NCBI GenBank assembly: GCA_047495785.1 | Contig: JBLDXI010000023.1 | Coordinates: forward strand, 1 to 64,000 | Reading direction: 5' to 3' | DNA: 64,000 nucleotides | Source of the DNA: Lepidodermella squamata | Taxonomy: Eukaryota; Animalia; Gastrotricha | Shown here: piece by piece, positions 25,101 through 37,102 of the stretch | Position numbering within the stretch: position 1 is the first letter of the stretch | How the letters are laid out: the number at the start of each line of letters is the position of its first letter | Made by a program: the position numbers and the translations under genes | The notes under the pieces: generated by a model | Seen by the model: only the letters and a program-made list of their open reading frames with translations | Told to the model about the DNA's origin: nothing | Databases searched by the model: none

Positions 25101-28100
25101 CGGCTATGCGTGATTTGCCCGGTTTCAGGATGATGCCGAACATGGGCGACACGTGCAAGGGCTGCAATAGCGATTCCAGCCAGTTTTGGCTGGCAGCGAA
25201 ATACCGGTCATCCGAATTGTACGCGAATCGCCTGTAAACGTGTTTGCGCTTGCTGCCACTAACGAATAGAGCACGGCTATGCGTGATTTGCCCGGTTTCA
25301 GGATGATGCCGAACATGGGCGACACGTGCAAGGGCTGCTATAGCGATTCCAGCCAGTTTTGGCTGGCAGCGAAATGCCGGTCATCCGAATTGTACGCGAA
25401 TCGCCTGCAAACGTGTTTGCGCTTGCTGCCACTAACGAATAGAGCACGGCTATGCGTGATTTGCCCGGTTTCAGGATGATGCCGAACATGGGCGACACGT
25501 GCAAGGGCTGCCAATAGCGATTCCAGCCAATTTTGGCTGGCAGCGAAATGCCGGTCATCCGAATTGTACGCGAATCGCCTGCAAACGTGTTTGCGCTTGC
25601 TGCCACTAACGAATAGAGCACGGCTATGCGTCATTTGCCCGGTTTCAGGATGATGCCGAACATGGGCGACACGTGCAAGGGCTGCTATAGCGATTCCAGC
25701 CAGTTTTGGCTGGCAGCGAAATGCCGGTCATCCGAATTGTACGCGAATCGCCTGCAAACGTGTTTGCGCTTGCTGCCACTAACGAATAGAGCACGGCTAT
25801 GCGTGATTTGCCCGGTTTCAGGATGATGCCGAACATGGGCGACACGTGCAAGGGCTGCAATAGCGATTCCAGCCAGTTTTGGCTGGCAGCGAAATACCGG
25901 TCATCCGAATTGTACGCGAATCGCCTGCAAACGTGTTTGCGCTTGCTGCCACTAACGAATAGAGCACGGCTATGCGTGATTTGCCCGGTTTCAGGATGAT
26001 GCCGAACATGGGCGACACGTGCAAGGGCTGCTATAGCGATTCCAGCCAATTTTGGCTGGCAGCGAATTACCGGTCATCCGAATTGTACGCGAATCGCCTG
26101 CAAACGTGTTTGCGCTTGCTGCCACTAACGAATAGAGCACGGCTATGCGTGATTTGCCCGGTTTCAGGATGATGCCGAACATGGGCGACACGTGCAAGGG
26201 CTGCTATAGCGATTCCAGCCAGTTTTGGCTGGCAGCGAAATGCCGGTCATCCGAATTGTACGCGAATCGCCTGCAAGCGTGTTTGCGCTTGCTGCCACTA
26301 ACGAATAGAGCACGGCTATGCGTGATTTGCCCGGTTTCAGGATGATGCCGAACATGGGCGACACGTGCAAGGGCTGCTATAGCGATTCCAGCCAGTTTTG
26401 GCTGGCAGCGAAATGCCGGTCATCCGAATTGTACGCGAATCGCCTGCAAACGTGTTTGCGCTTGCTGCCACTAACGAATAGAGCACGGCTATGCGTGATT
26501 TGCCCGGTTTCAGGATGATGCCGAACATGGGCGACACGTGCAAGGGCTGCCAATAGCGATTCCAGCCAGTTTTGGCTGGCAGCGAAATGCCGGTCATCCG
26601 AATTGTACGCGAATCGCCTGCAAACGTGTTTGCGCTTGCTGCCACTAACGAATAGAGCACGGCTATGCGTGATTTGCCCGGTTTCAGGATGATGCCGAAC
26701 ATGGGCGACACGTGCAAGGGCTGCTAATAGCGATTCCAGTCAGTTTTGGCTGGCAGCGAAATGCCGGTCATCCGAATTGTACGCGAATCGCCTGCAAACG
26801 TGTTAGCGCTTGCTGCCACTAACGAATAGAGCACGGCTATGCGTGATTTGCCCGGTTTCAGGATGATGCCGAACGTGGGCGACACGTGCAAGGGCTGCTA
26901 TAGCGATTCCAGCCAGTTTTGGCTGGCAGCGAAATGCCGGTCATCCGAATTGTACGCGAATCGCCTGCAAACGTGTTTGCGCTTGCCGCCATTAACGAAT
27001 AGAGCACGGCTATGCGTGATTTGCCCGGTTTCAGGATGATGCCGAACGTGGGCGACACGAGCAAGGGCTGCTAAAAGCGATTCCAGCCAGTTGTTGAGGG
27101 CAGAAGCGAGATTTCGGCCCGCTGAATATTCGGCACGTATTTTCAAGGGCTGAAATCGAGATTCCTGTTCCGACGTGGTTGGTTATTTTCTGAAGAAAAA
27201 CCTTTTCTCCGCTCGAAATCCGGATAAAGTGCCTAACCACTTATACTCATGGTGTCTGATTCAATTAATTTTGTTGCAATTAAAATATCAACCTTAAAAC
27301 ATCGTTTATTTTCGTTTCCTTCCTTTTTCAGATTGAACGATTTTAGCACTGAATTCATTTTTGGTGGAAATCACGCTCGGCACCGGCGATTTAATTATCG
27401 GAAATGTAGTCGATTCTAGCCAAATGCAGTCTGCTTGCAGCAACACTAATCAGCTCGTGAAAACCGCAATGCACAAAGATATTGGACTACTGTTCGAAAG
27501 CCCGAATTTCCTCTTGGCCAATCCGACTCCGGCGATCAATCCTGCGGCGATGATTGCGATCAATTTGAAGGCGTTGCTGAATAAATGCAACGAAACATCG
27601 AAGAATTTGTGTTTGAGACAATGGGAACGGTGAACAATTTCAGGAAATTTCGCCGACAATCTCGATGTTCAATTAAACGATTTAAGCCCAGTCTGCGGCT
27701 GCGTTCATGTTCGCTTTATAGCCGGAATTCACGTCTAACTGCATGCAGCATTTGCCATGCAGGCAGGCGCATTGATGAAGAAAAAACGAGGCGCGTGCAG
27801 CATGCAGGATGATTGATGATTGACATGTATGTGCTTGTGCATGCGTGTGTCTACTATACTATACACACATGCAGTACTACGTCGTATAGAGGGGCGCGAC
27901 ACAGCGCAAAAAACGCATTGAACCACAGTCACACATAGGTATAGTATACATATGCATATACGCACACGTAGATGAATGCACACATTAAAGCGCGGCTTTT
28001 TTACGCACGCACTAATAAGAGCTCATATAGTGAGCACAAGGCGAGTCTTGTGCCAGCAGAAATTATTATAGCTCGGCTGTGTTTTTACGACGCTGTAATA

Positions 28101-28245
28101 AGTCAACGTGCAGGTATATGGCTTTCATGAACATACAACATTATGAATTTCTTTAGTTTTGTTATTATTGACAATTTGTTATATTTCTGCTGATTATATA
28201 GGCGTCTATTGTAATAATAATTTGCTGACGACTCGGTTAATTAGC

Positions 28246-29539
28246 ATGGGCAATGCGAAATCGGCGCACCACCGGCGTCACCTGGCGCTGGCGGACAAGT
28301 ACCGGCACCCGAAGCGCATCATCAACCTGTTGCTGGTCGGCGACGACAAGAGCGGGCACGAGGCGCTGCTGACGCGGTACCTGGCGAACGAGCCGGCGCC
28401 GCAGCTCGCCAACGCCGACGTGCAGGTGTTCGACACGCGCGTGTGCTACTCGATGATCGCGCACCAGCGTCTCTACAACGTCATGGTGCTCGCCGTTCCC
28501 GGGTCGACGACGGACGCGAACGAGCTGCGCCGCCTGCACTACCCGCACCCCGACGCCGTCCTGCTCTGCTTCTCGCTCGTCAAGTAAGTCAAGCTAGCCG
28601 CTCCATTTCTTCTCGAATCAATTGTTATGCAAATCCAACCTCCAAACTTGTATTAACGTCTTTGTATCATTTAGATCCCCTCCAACAGCTTTCCTAAGGG
28701 TCTTACGTTCTCAGGCCTCGTGTCCTTTTTCGCGTCTTTTAACGTCCAGGTTAATCTAGTCCCTGGGCTAGATCATCGGCGTCCCTCTCAGTTTTATTCG
28801 GACCTGCCTGTAGACCGTTCAGAATTAAGATAATTCTGCCGTACCATTTCTCGTCTTTTTAATCAATCACTAGCTAATTACTAGCTCTCAGGCGCTCATC
28901 TCTTTTTGAACCCTCAAAGCCGCGTCATGTTTCGAGACAGCGCAGAGCTCTTCTCTAAACTGTTGCGTCCGATTTATTCGCTTTTTGCATTGAAAATCGA
29001 GAGCAAACAGTTTTATCAATGTTGATGTTTTGTTGTGGTTACAGCCGGGAGTCGTTCGACAACGTGCTGGCAAAGTGGTACCCGGAGGTGCGCAAGAACA
29101 GCAAGTGCCACGTGATCCTAGCGGGCGTCTACGCCGAGCTGCGCGACCAGGCGTTGCAAGAGCAGCTGTACGACAGCGCCGGCCAGCCACTCACGCCCAT
29201 CTCATTCGAAGACGGTAATTCAGCATAATCATGAGAGCTTACTTTTCAAATCATCTTCCATCTTTCATCATTCATCTTCTTTGGGCAGGAGTAGCGATGG
29301 GCGAGAAGATTGGCGCGTCGGCCTACGTCGAGTGCAACCTGGCGGACGGCGTCGGCGTCGAGCAGGCGTTCTACGAAGCGGCGCGCCTGACGCGCAAGTG
29401 CATCCCGCTGGAGGTGGGCGTCAAGGACCGCTCGGTGATGCACCGCCACTCGGTCGCGCTCAAGCGCTACGACTTCCACCACACGTATCTCGTCAGCCAG
29501 AAGCTGTTCCTGTGGGTGCCCGGCCAACGGGCTGTCTAA
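28246..29539 (+). CDS. Atypical Rho-family small GTPase-like protein (probable pseudoGTPase), 252 aa; exons 28246-28583, 29045-29214, 29289-29539
   Basis: GT-AG junctions give a continuous frame. Rho signatures: [45 protein letters not shown], the Rho insert helix, and KIGASAYVEC. Strong GC3 codon bias. Confidence 0.88.
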
Positions 29540-29606
29540 CACGAGTACGCAATCAGCCAAATTCGAGTACACTGCCTGAACTCGGTGTGTAGAACATGAT
29601 GGCGAT

Positions 29607-29624
29607 TGTGTGTGTGTGTGTGTG
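29607..29624. repeat. (TG)9 microsatellite
   Basis: Read directly from the sequence. Confidence 0.9.
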
Positions 29625-30895
29625 TTGTCGCTATAACATTATCGATACGCTACCTGCCTCTCTATAATTTGTATCACTATTTTGCTATTCGACTTCGTAT
29701 AATACCGATGAACGCGCTTACTCTGATGAAGGCAACAAGCTTATGATGTCAAATTCAAGATCCTGGTTATATTAATATCCGACGGTGAATTTACAAAATC
29801 GCAGGTGATTTTTAATGCATTAGTTCTGTACATATTTTGCTGTCTATTTTCTTTTGTTAAGTGAGGTAATAACATTGAAAAAACAAAATTATTTGATTCG
29901 TCGTTGAATGGTTTCATTCAAGTTCTTATTATTTTTTGAAATCAGGATTAGATTCCGAATAAATCAGTTTTTAAACGTTGATACAAGCCATATTTGAGGC
30001 TGGTTCTAACGATGGTTCTTTAAAGATAAATTCAGAATTCAGTTGGCGAAGCATCTGCCCAAAATGTGCTAAAAAGCAAGACAGAGCACAAAAAACATCG
30101 GGGCGAAAAGTGATTCATCTCACTAAATTTGAAAACTCTGAACTGAACTCTGCCCCTCATTAGTCTGACTTCAGTTTTTCGCGAAACGGAAAACCTTTTT
30201 TAGTCCGGTCTACTTCACACGCATCCTTCGGCTGCAAACTTGCCTTTGCAATCAAATTAGCTATCTGCCTTATTGCTTGAAGCATTCGGCTGATGTCGTT
30301 CGCGTTGACGGCTCAAGATGGTAGTTAGAATGAGACAAACTCACGTTTCGACTTGGAAATCTGAGCATCATTTCATTCAAATGAATGCCTGAGCACCGGT
30401 AAGTAGCCATTTCTCATGGTTGGCGAGAAAGATCATCGCAAACGCCCACAGTTGGAGATTCTGCTTTTCCATTAAATTCATGATTTTCAATCGAGTTGAA
30501 ACCACTTATCTTTGTCAAATGAAACCGATTCCGCTGATTGCAAGTCGGGAATAATTTTCATCTCAAATTCCTTTTCGCCCGATTTCTTCTTCCGTCGAAT
30601 TTCCTCGGTAAGACCTGCTCTTTAATTGGACTTCTATGCACTCCGTTTATCCATCCGCTTCGGAGTCTGGGTGCAAACCACCTAAACGGAGGAGTCCGGT
30701 GTCTGAATATTTATTTTGTGAATTAGTCTATTCGCCCTGAGTCCTCCGCTTATAGCGTATTGAAATATGTCTACATTAGTCCATGTCGTCCTAACTATTT
30801 AAAGTGCCATTTTTTCATCCATTTTGTTCCTGATTTCCAAAAGTATTTGTCCCAGTTGTAATTTGTGCGTTCTTGACTCGGTTCATAGAGATAAT

Positions 30896-33800
30896 ATGAA
30901 ACTTGACGTCTTCATTTCACTTTTGGCGATTGTTGTCATCATTGTGGAGTCAGCGCCATCAGACGCAAGGCTAAGTTTGGACGAGCCGATGCCGGCATTG
31001 GTGACTGATGCCTCGACGTCGCCCAATAGCAGTCGAACTTTGGTGAAGGTGCTGACGAGCGTGGCCTACTCCGGCTTCTACCCGACCGGCCCACTGTGCA
31101 CGGTCGCCCAGCAAGCCGCTCTCGAGAATCTGAGAAAGCAAGCCAACTGGCTGCCCAACTACGACATCGCGTTCGAGTACATCGACGACGCGGTAAATTT
31201 CGATAACCAGAATAACGTAGTCAAAACTAGTTAGAAGCCGCTGACACGAGAGCGTAAGTACGAAGTGTGCGTCTTTAATTAGGACAAAGAATCGATTGCG
31301 CAATACTCAAACTCAAGCTTTCTCACATTTGAAATTTCAAATTTGTACGTTTTGTGATAGTATGTTGTTTAGAATGATTTAGAATGATGGAAAAATTTGA
31401 GACAATTTGTTACCGCGTCTTTTCTTGACTTTTCCTTCTCTCAGCTTGTTCTGGACAGGGGTGTAGAATCGGGTTCTAATTAGAGTTATTTCAACGTCGT
31501 TGAGTTCAGCGGACCAAATTCCAGCGGACCAGTGTTCAGAACTAGGTTGGAGGTGTGCCATATGACTAGTCGATTTCCCCTGAAAAGTGCCATCTGATGA
31601 ACTACTAAGCTTCCCCAAGTTCATCAGTTCCACTTTGGTGGTTTCAAACATCCAAGTACTACATCTCGATTTGGTCCGCTAGGTTGGGTCCGCTGACTTC
31701 AACCAACCCGGGGTTTTTGGAACTCAGCGGACCTATAATTAGCGGACCGCTCCAATTAAAGCAACACCTTATCAAGGGTGAAAGCAATATAGGTTCAAGA
31801 TTGATCTCAAACGATGCGCCACACCTTGTTACACATGGCACCTAAGTGGCACACTTCGATAGCGTCACCGGTTAAGGAATAAGGGACAATTAGTGTGGTC
31901 CCCCAAGAAATGGTCCGCTGAACTCAACGACGTGTTTTTTCATGACATTTACAAAATTAAAATTTTAAAGCGGGTGATTTTTTTCAAAGAAACAGGTAAA
32001 AATACCGTTGTCACAGATAAATTGATGAAGACTTTGTTTTTGAGCTATATAGTCAAAATCGCCTTTTTGATATCAGCTATAATATCTTGTGCATCCAAAA
32101 TGAGCCGCATGAAAAAAAAATTATTTTGAAATTAGTACGTGAGGGATAATAAATACCGTAAGGCGGTCTTACTTCGGACAGGGTAACTTCGGACACTTTT
32201 GACTTTGAACTGGAATTTCTCCTCAACCCCGGTGAATATAGAGACCGTTTAAATTGCAAAAGATGGCCCTGAGTCTTGGCTTTCAAATGACACCAAAAAC
32301 ATTGAAAACAGATAAGTATGCGAAGAATAGTCCAACTTCTTGGCAGTCATGTCCCGCGACCCAAAATTGCTAACTTTTCACCAGGTAGGTATTTTTTGCT
32401 GGAGAGAAGCGGAAAAGATAGAGCACCATCGATTTAGTAATGCTGTCATGTTCAAACCAATTTTTAACGAAAATTTTGATCAGGAAATACTTTAGAAAAC
32501 AAATTTTGTCCCGGGTAAGTTCGGACAGCTTCAAACTACGGGAAATTCAAAAAGATGTCAATTGACCTTGACATTTTTTAAACTCCATATTTCATTGAGA
32601 ACAGCACTAAGCTGCGTTGGGAGCACAATTCAATATTGAGGGTTCGAATCCCTCATCATGCATTTTGGTTTTTTTCAAGTTTTTTTTCTTAAATCTGCTC
32701 ACAAATTTTATCTCGCTTTAATGTGAACTTTGACCCCAATCTAAATATTCACATTGAGCTGTCCGAAATTACCCCAGTTGTGTCCGAAGTTAGCCGGACC
32801 AGTTTTCCTTTAATACCTGTACGGGAAAAATTATTTTTTTTCCGGAGTTGATACTAGAATATGCAGTTTTTCAAGGCGCATCTTTTGACATAAAGCCCGT
32901 CAAAAAATTCGTTCACCTCGAAAAACTAAGCCCCAAAAACACGTTTTTGTCCGAAGTAAGACCGCCTTACGGTATTGATGTATCGACGGAGAACGATTTC
33001 CTATTCCATTTCTATCATAACTATAATCAAGCTGGCTGCAGCGCTGAATTTGGACCCAAAAATCCCAAATATAGGTAGGTAATATGGCTGCTCTAACCGC
33101 TTCAGGGGAATAGATTCTTTCTCAAATTCTCAATTCTTCCTCATTCTTCCTCTTTAATTTTCTCATAAGAGCCTTTAATATACCTCGCTGCTCACATATT
33201 ACTTATGGGAATGGACTCCTTCGAAAAGCGTCGCTTTGAAATTAATGATTTAAAATTAACTCATTAGCTATTTCACCACTTCTATGATGTTAATTTCGAC
33301 GACTTCTATGAGACCGACTAAGACCATCCAAGTGTAAACGTGATTGCAAGAAATATTTTTTTAACAGAGGAACAATTTATTATTGGAACAAACTACCTAC
33401 TAACGTCGTTTCTGCTTCTTTAAATGATTAAAAAAATATGTTAATGACGATTGTAGTCTGGAAAAACATGTTTTTCCAGACTACAACTATTACCTTCAAT
33501 ACCATCGATAATTACGATCAAACCTACACTGACTTCAAATTGGAACTCGAATTTCCAAGCGTATCGCATTTTCATCGCGGCGATCACGCATAATACTACT
33601 AATCTGTGTAGACAATATGAACAACCTGAAAGACGCATATATTTGTACTTGTAGGCTATGACGACGCTGAATCCAGTGAAAACATTGGTGCGTTAAATGC
33701 ATTGTTCATTTTTTTCAGTGCGCCGACACAGATGCCGCAAATCTGTTCATGCGGCGCATGAAGGACGAAGATTCAGCGAGCAACAGACTGCCGTTCACGC

Positions 33801-36285
33801 TTGTAACAGAATGCGGCGTCACAACTCAGGCGATCATTGCTTTGATGCTGACTCAGCTAAACGTCGTCGGGGTGAGTAACGCCGGTATAATTGCCTTCGC
33901 CCTGTTTTCAACCGTGTAAAATCAGATATCACTCTACCCGCTTTCACGCGATGTTATGCAACAGAGGAGCAAATACCCGAATTTTCACGCTATCGGCGAC
34001 AAGGTTGACTGCTATTTCCCGTCAATGGTCGAGTTCCTGCACGGCATGAATTGGAACAAAGTCGCGATTTTGACCGAAACTACGCCTTACAGCACATTAG
34101 TAGGAGCATAGCACATTCATCCTAATGCAAAGGCTACAATGCTTTTTGTTTTAGATGGACAAATTCCTTCTAGAAAGTCTCGACGCAGGTGGCATCGAGC
34201 TGTTGTACTTGGAGAAAATCTCTGCTGATTTAGACCCTCAGTCTGTGAAACTCGATCAGTTTAAAGCAACCGATACACGCGTGATTATCATCAACGTGTA
34301 TAATGGAGCATTAGTCATGTGCATCCTGCACCGAAATGGCTTCTACGGGCCGAAATACGTATTTCTCATCAAAGGCTGGGACAACATCGGCAATCCGCCG
34401 TACATTCCAGAAGATGCAGCCAAATGGTGCACTGTGCAAATGATCCTGCAGGTTAGTTGATGGGCAAAGAATCGCACCAGTAGCCAGTAGCTCATCTTTC
34501 AGGATTTAAAACACATTCCCTTCGTTCCGTAACCCTGATATGTTGGATGAGAGGAGAGGAGATTTCTTTATTATCATTGTAATATGTTTTTGCATCGATT
34601 AACCAGGTGTTGGAGAGCGTCATTAGGCTCGGCGAGACCCCTCAGGATTCTTTCTTGGGCCCGTCTTTCCGCGACACCTCGGGTCAATCAATGGCCGGAC
34701 TGACGGCTACGTTCGAGCGCGAAATCGAGAACCCGCTGAAAAGTCGAGGCTATGCCTATTGGCCAACAACTTGCTACGACAACGCAATCGCTACTGGGCT
34801 GGTTCTCAACGCGACGGAGGAGGCTCTCAATCGCCGTACGGAATAAAGACTTAGAAAAAATACCAGAGTCCAATATTTCTTTTGTGATAGGCAATGAGAC
34901 GCTGTCTGATTGGCTCATGTCCACGGATCGATTCCAAGTGCGAGGGACTGAAATCGTCAAGGTAATGCGAGACGCCGTTCTCGATTTACGATTCACTGGG
35001 CTGAAAGCTGACTACGAGTTTGACCAAGCCAACGACGTCGCAAAAGCAATGTTCCCGATGGCGTTCAGCCAGACCCGCCGTGGTGCAGCTGGTAGCAATA
35101 CAGTCTACCACGAACTGATCGGCATCACCGTCCCAGAGAACAACAACAGCGATCGCAGGCTGAGAATTTATCAGCAAGCCATGCAATGGCGAACAATTGG
35201 CAACGTGCCGCCAGTTGACTCGGTGAAGCGAATTCGGTTCCTGCAGGCGCCGATTCCCATAGGCCTGAATGCAGCGCTGAAGAGTTTGCTGATTTCGTTT
35301 GGTAAATAAGCTATAAGCCTATTTTAATTGGTTTTATTTGTAGCGATCGGCTCTGCTTTGATTGCCTGTGCAGCCTATCTAGGGCTTGCTGGGTTCATTC
35401 TGCGGCGACCCAGCGCCAACTTCCTCCATCGGGTGAGCACACCCATGAAATTGATGCTGCTCGGCGATACACTGCTGATGTCGCATGTGCTCGCCATTCC
35501 GACCTCGGCCAATGTGGCTGATGTAATGTTGATTAGCAGCTGCAATGCCATTGCCGTGCTGTGGTCCTTAGGCTTCGCTCTAATTCTGGCAGCTGCAAAC
35601 TGCCAATTGAGCCTTGAGCGTAAGAGTGAAACCCCGAATAAGCGCCTGCTTCTGGCGTGCATCGCTTGGGCCTTTATCCACGCCGTTCTAACAGCTCTTC
35701 TGCTCGCGCTATGGCCGACGCGCATCGTTGAATCGACGATAGCCATCACTCCTGCTGACGGTGAAGGTCGCGTCGAGTTCGAGTTGTATCGCCGCGACTG
35801 CGCTTACGGATTCCTGAAATCGAGACTGGAAATTGGCCTGTTCGCAACGTCGCTAAGCCTGCACGGCCTCATGCTGCTGCGGTTGGTTCTGCTGTCGACG
35901 AGGAGCAGCATCACCGTGCAACGGGTATTTGCAGCCACTTGTGACTATGTATCTCTGAAATGATTGATTTCTTGTTTAGCGGGGCAAACTGCTGCGGCGT
36001 GTCAGTTTCACGGCCGTGTTCGCCGGCTGCAGCTGTGCCGGGGTGACGGCGGCCGTGCTGATCGCCGTGCTCGGCTGGTCGAACACGTCGCACGTCACCA
36101 TCACCGTCGCCGTGTTCTCGACGGCCTTCGCCGCTCTCAACATCGCCGCTGTCCTGCTGCACGTGCTGCTCGCCCATGGCAAGAACAGTGTTGCGCCTTG
36201 GTATGCCGCGCCACGTCACAAGCGGAGTCATCGTCGAGAGACCGGCGTGCGACATCCGCCGATAGGCATATCACAGTGTGAATAA
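30896..36285 (+). CDS. GABA-B-type class C GPCR, copy 1 (about 809 aa); exons 30896-31192, 33719-33871, 33926-34099, 34155-34451, 34607-34835, 34891-35283, 35344-35924, 35980-36285
   Basis: Signal peptide. Venus-flytrap motifs match GABA-B1 (GPLC..A..AALENL....WLPNYDI...DDAC; DTRVIII...C.LHRNGFYGPKYVFLIKGW; CYD; F.GL). Seven hydrophobic segments with a TM3/ECL2 Cys pair. All introns are GT-AG and phase-compatible. Confidence 0.88.
31494..31933. mobile_element. MITE-like element with 23-bp terminal inverted repeats (in intron 1 of copy 1)
   Basis: ACGTCGTTGAGTTCAGCGGACCA at 31494 and its reverse complement ending at 31933; internal agcggacc sub-repeats; no clear TSD. Confidence 0.7.
32156..32972. 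mobile_element. Non-autonomous Tc1/mariner(pogo)-like DNA transposon
   Basis: Perfect 25-bp TIR CCGTAAGGCGGTCTTACTTCGGACA, TA on both flanks, and internal copies of the ttcggaca motif. Confidence 0.88.
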
Positions 36286-36576
36286 GAGCGCATGATCTCT
36301 GTCTCTGCATCAAAACCATATTGACCATGAGAGAGTCGCCAGTCGTCACGTGCTCTATACTGCAACTGCAACGTGTACCTTAAACTTTAGACTTATTTGC
36401 GCTCGTAGCACGTGTCGTCTTTCACTTTTGGATAACAATTGAATGGTTTTTTCACGCTTCAATGGCTGCTTCTGGCAAAGAAAATAGCAAAGAAAATAGT
36501 AATAATAAATCATCCTGCTGATGGTTATCTGCTTCACTGATTCGCATAATGTGTTTGGTCAATCTGACTGTTACTA

Positions 36577-36753
36577 CAGTCAGTCCTCGCCATATATAGT
36601 ACGCTTACTTATTCATCATAGCACACTTGTTGGTCGGTCCCAATTATGAGCTGCCAAGTTGAATTTGACTTGCGAGGGTACACTTTTCACTTAGCTAGTA
36701 GGTACACTTATTTCCTGTCCCCCGGGAAAGTGTACTATAGAGAGTTCTCACTG
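36577..36753. mobile_element. Short degenerate Tc1/mariner-like MITE
   Basis: TA|CAGT...ACTG|TA termini with an imperfect inverted tatagtac(g/a)cttt segment. Confidence 0.5.
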
Positions 36754-37102
36754 TATCAGTTATTCCTCGAGCCAGGTCAGAGTAGTCTACCATCAACCAA
36801 CCATCCCTTTACTAGCGCCGATTAGTTAAGTTTACCAGAAAGTAGTTGAAAGTAGTTGAAATCGACAGTAATGAAATTGAAACGATTGATGATGGATCTG
36901 AACGCGGCTCGAGGCTGGGCGTGAGCTTTCTTTTGAGCCAAAGTTTGACCTTCATCGATTTTTTCTGAATCTTAACAATTTTTTGAATGCACTTTTTGAA
37001 TTTTTCTCATTTAAAGAAATCAATCGATGGAAAGTCAACTTCTTTGTTTTCCCACAGAAATGTTGAGCTTTTATCATGATTCAACAGAACACCTGCGACC
37101 CA

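Larger units (their letters stand above)
17087..27092. repeat. 174/173-bp tandem satellite array, right arm and array edge (about 54 monomers, interrupted by two solo LTRs)
   Basis: Same monomer. From about 21500 onward, 173-bp variants (gctatagc) and aaatgccgg variants become common. The array ends at about 27092. Confidence 0.97.

Noticed and set aside
1-27092. CRISPR array or prokaryotic repeat system
   Set aside because: The monomers are contiguous with no unique spacers, there are no cas genes, and the context is eukaryotic.
1-27092. Hammerhead-ribozyme satellite (retrozyme)
   Set aside because: There is no CTGANGA core on either strand of the monomer.
1-27092. Spliced-leader RNA, snRNA, 5S or tRNA gene array (Sm-like agttttgg present)
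   Set aside because: The Sm-like motif lies within a hairpin, and no convincing leader/donor layout, Pol III boxes or cloverleaf is visible.
8356-27240. Numerous ORFs called inside the satellite monomers (66-756 aa), excluding the retrotransposon ORFs
   Set aside because: They are by-products of repeat periodicity and 1-bp indels, with no recognisable domain.
27730-28000. Alternating purine-pyrimidine and tgcatg-rich tract upstream of the Rho-like gene
   Set aside because: Low-complexity sequence; no regulatory role can be supported from the sequence alone.
32610-32665. tRNA-like fragment (gagggttcgaatccctc)
   Set aside because: Only a T-arm/B-box-like piece inside a MITE; no full cloverleaf.
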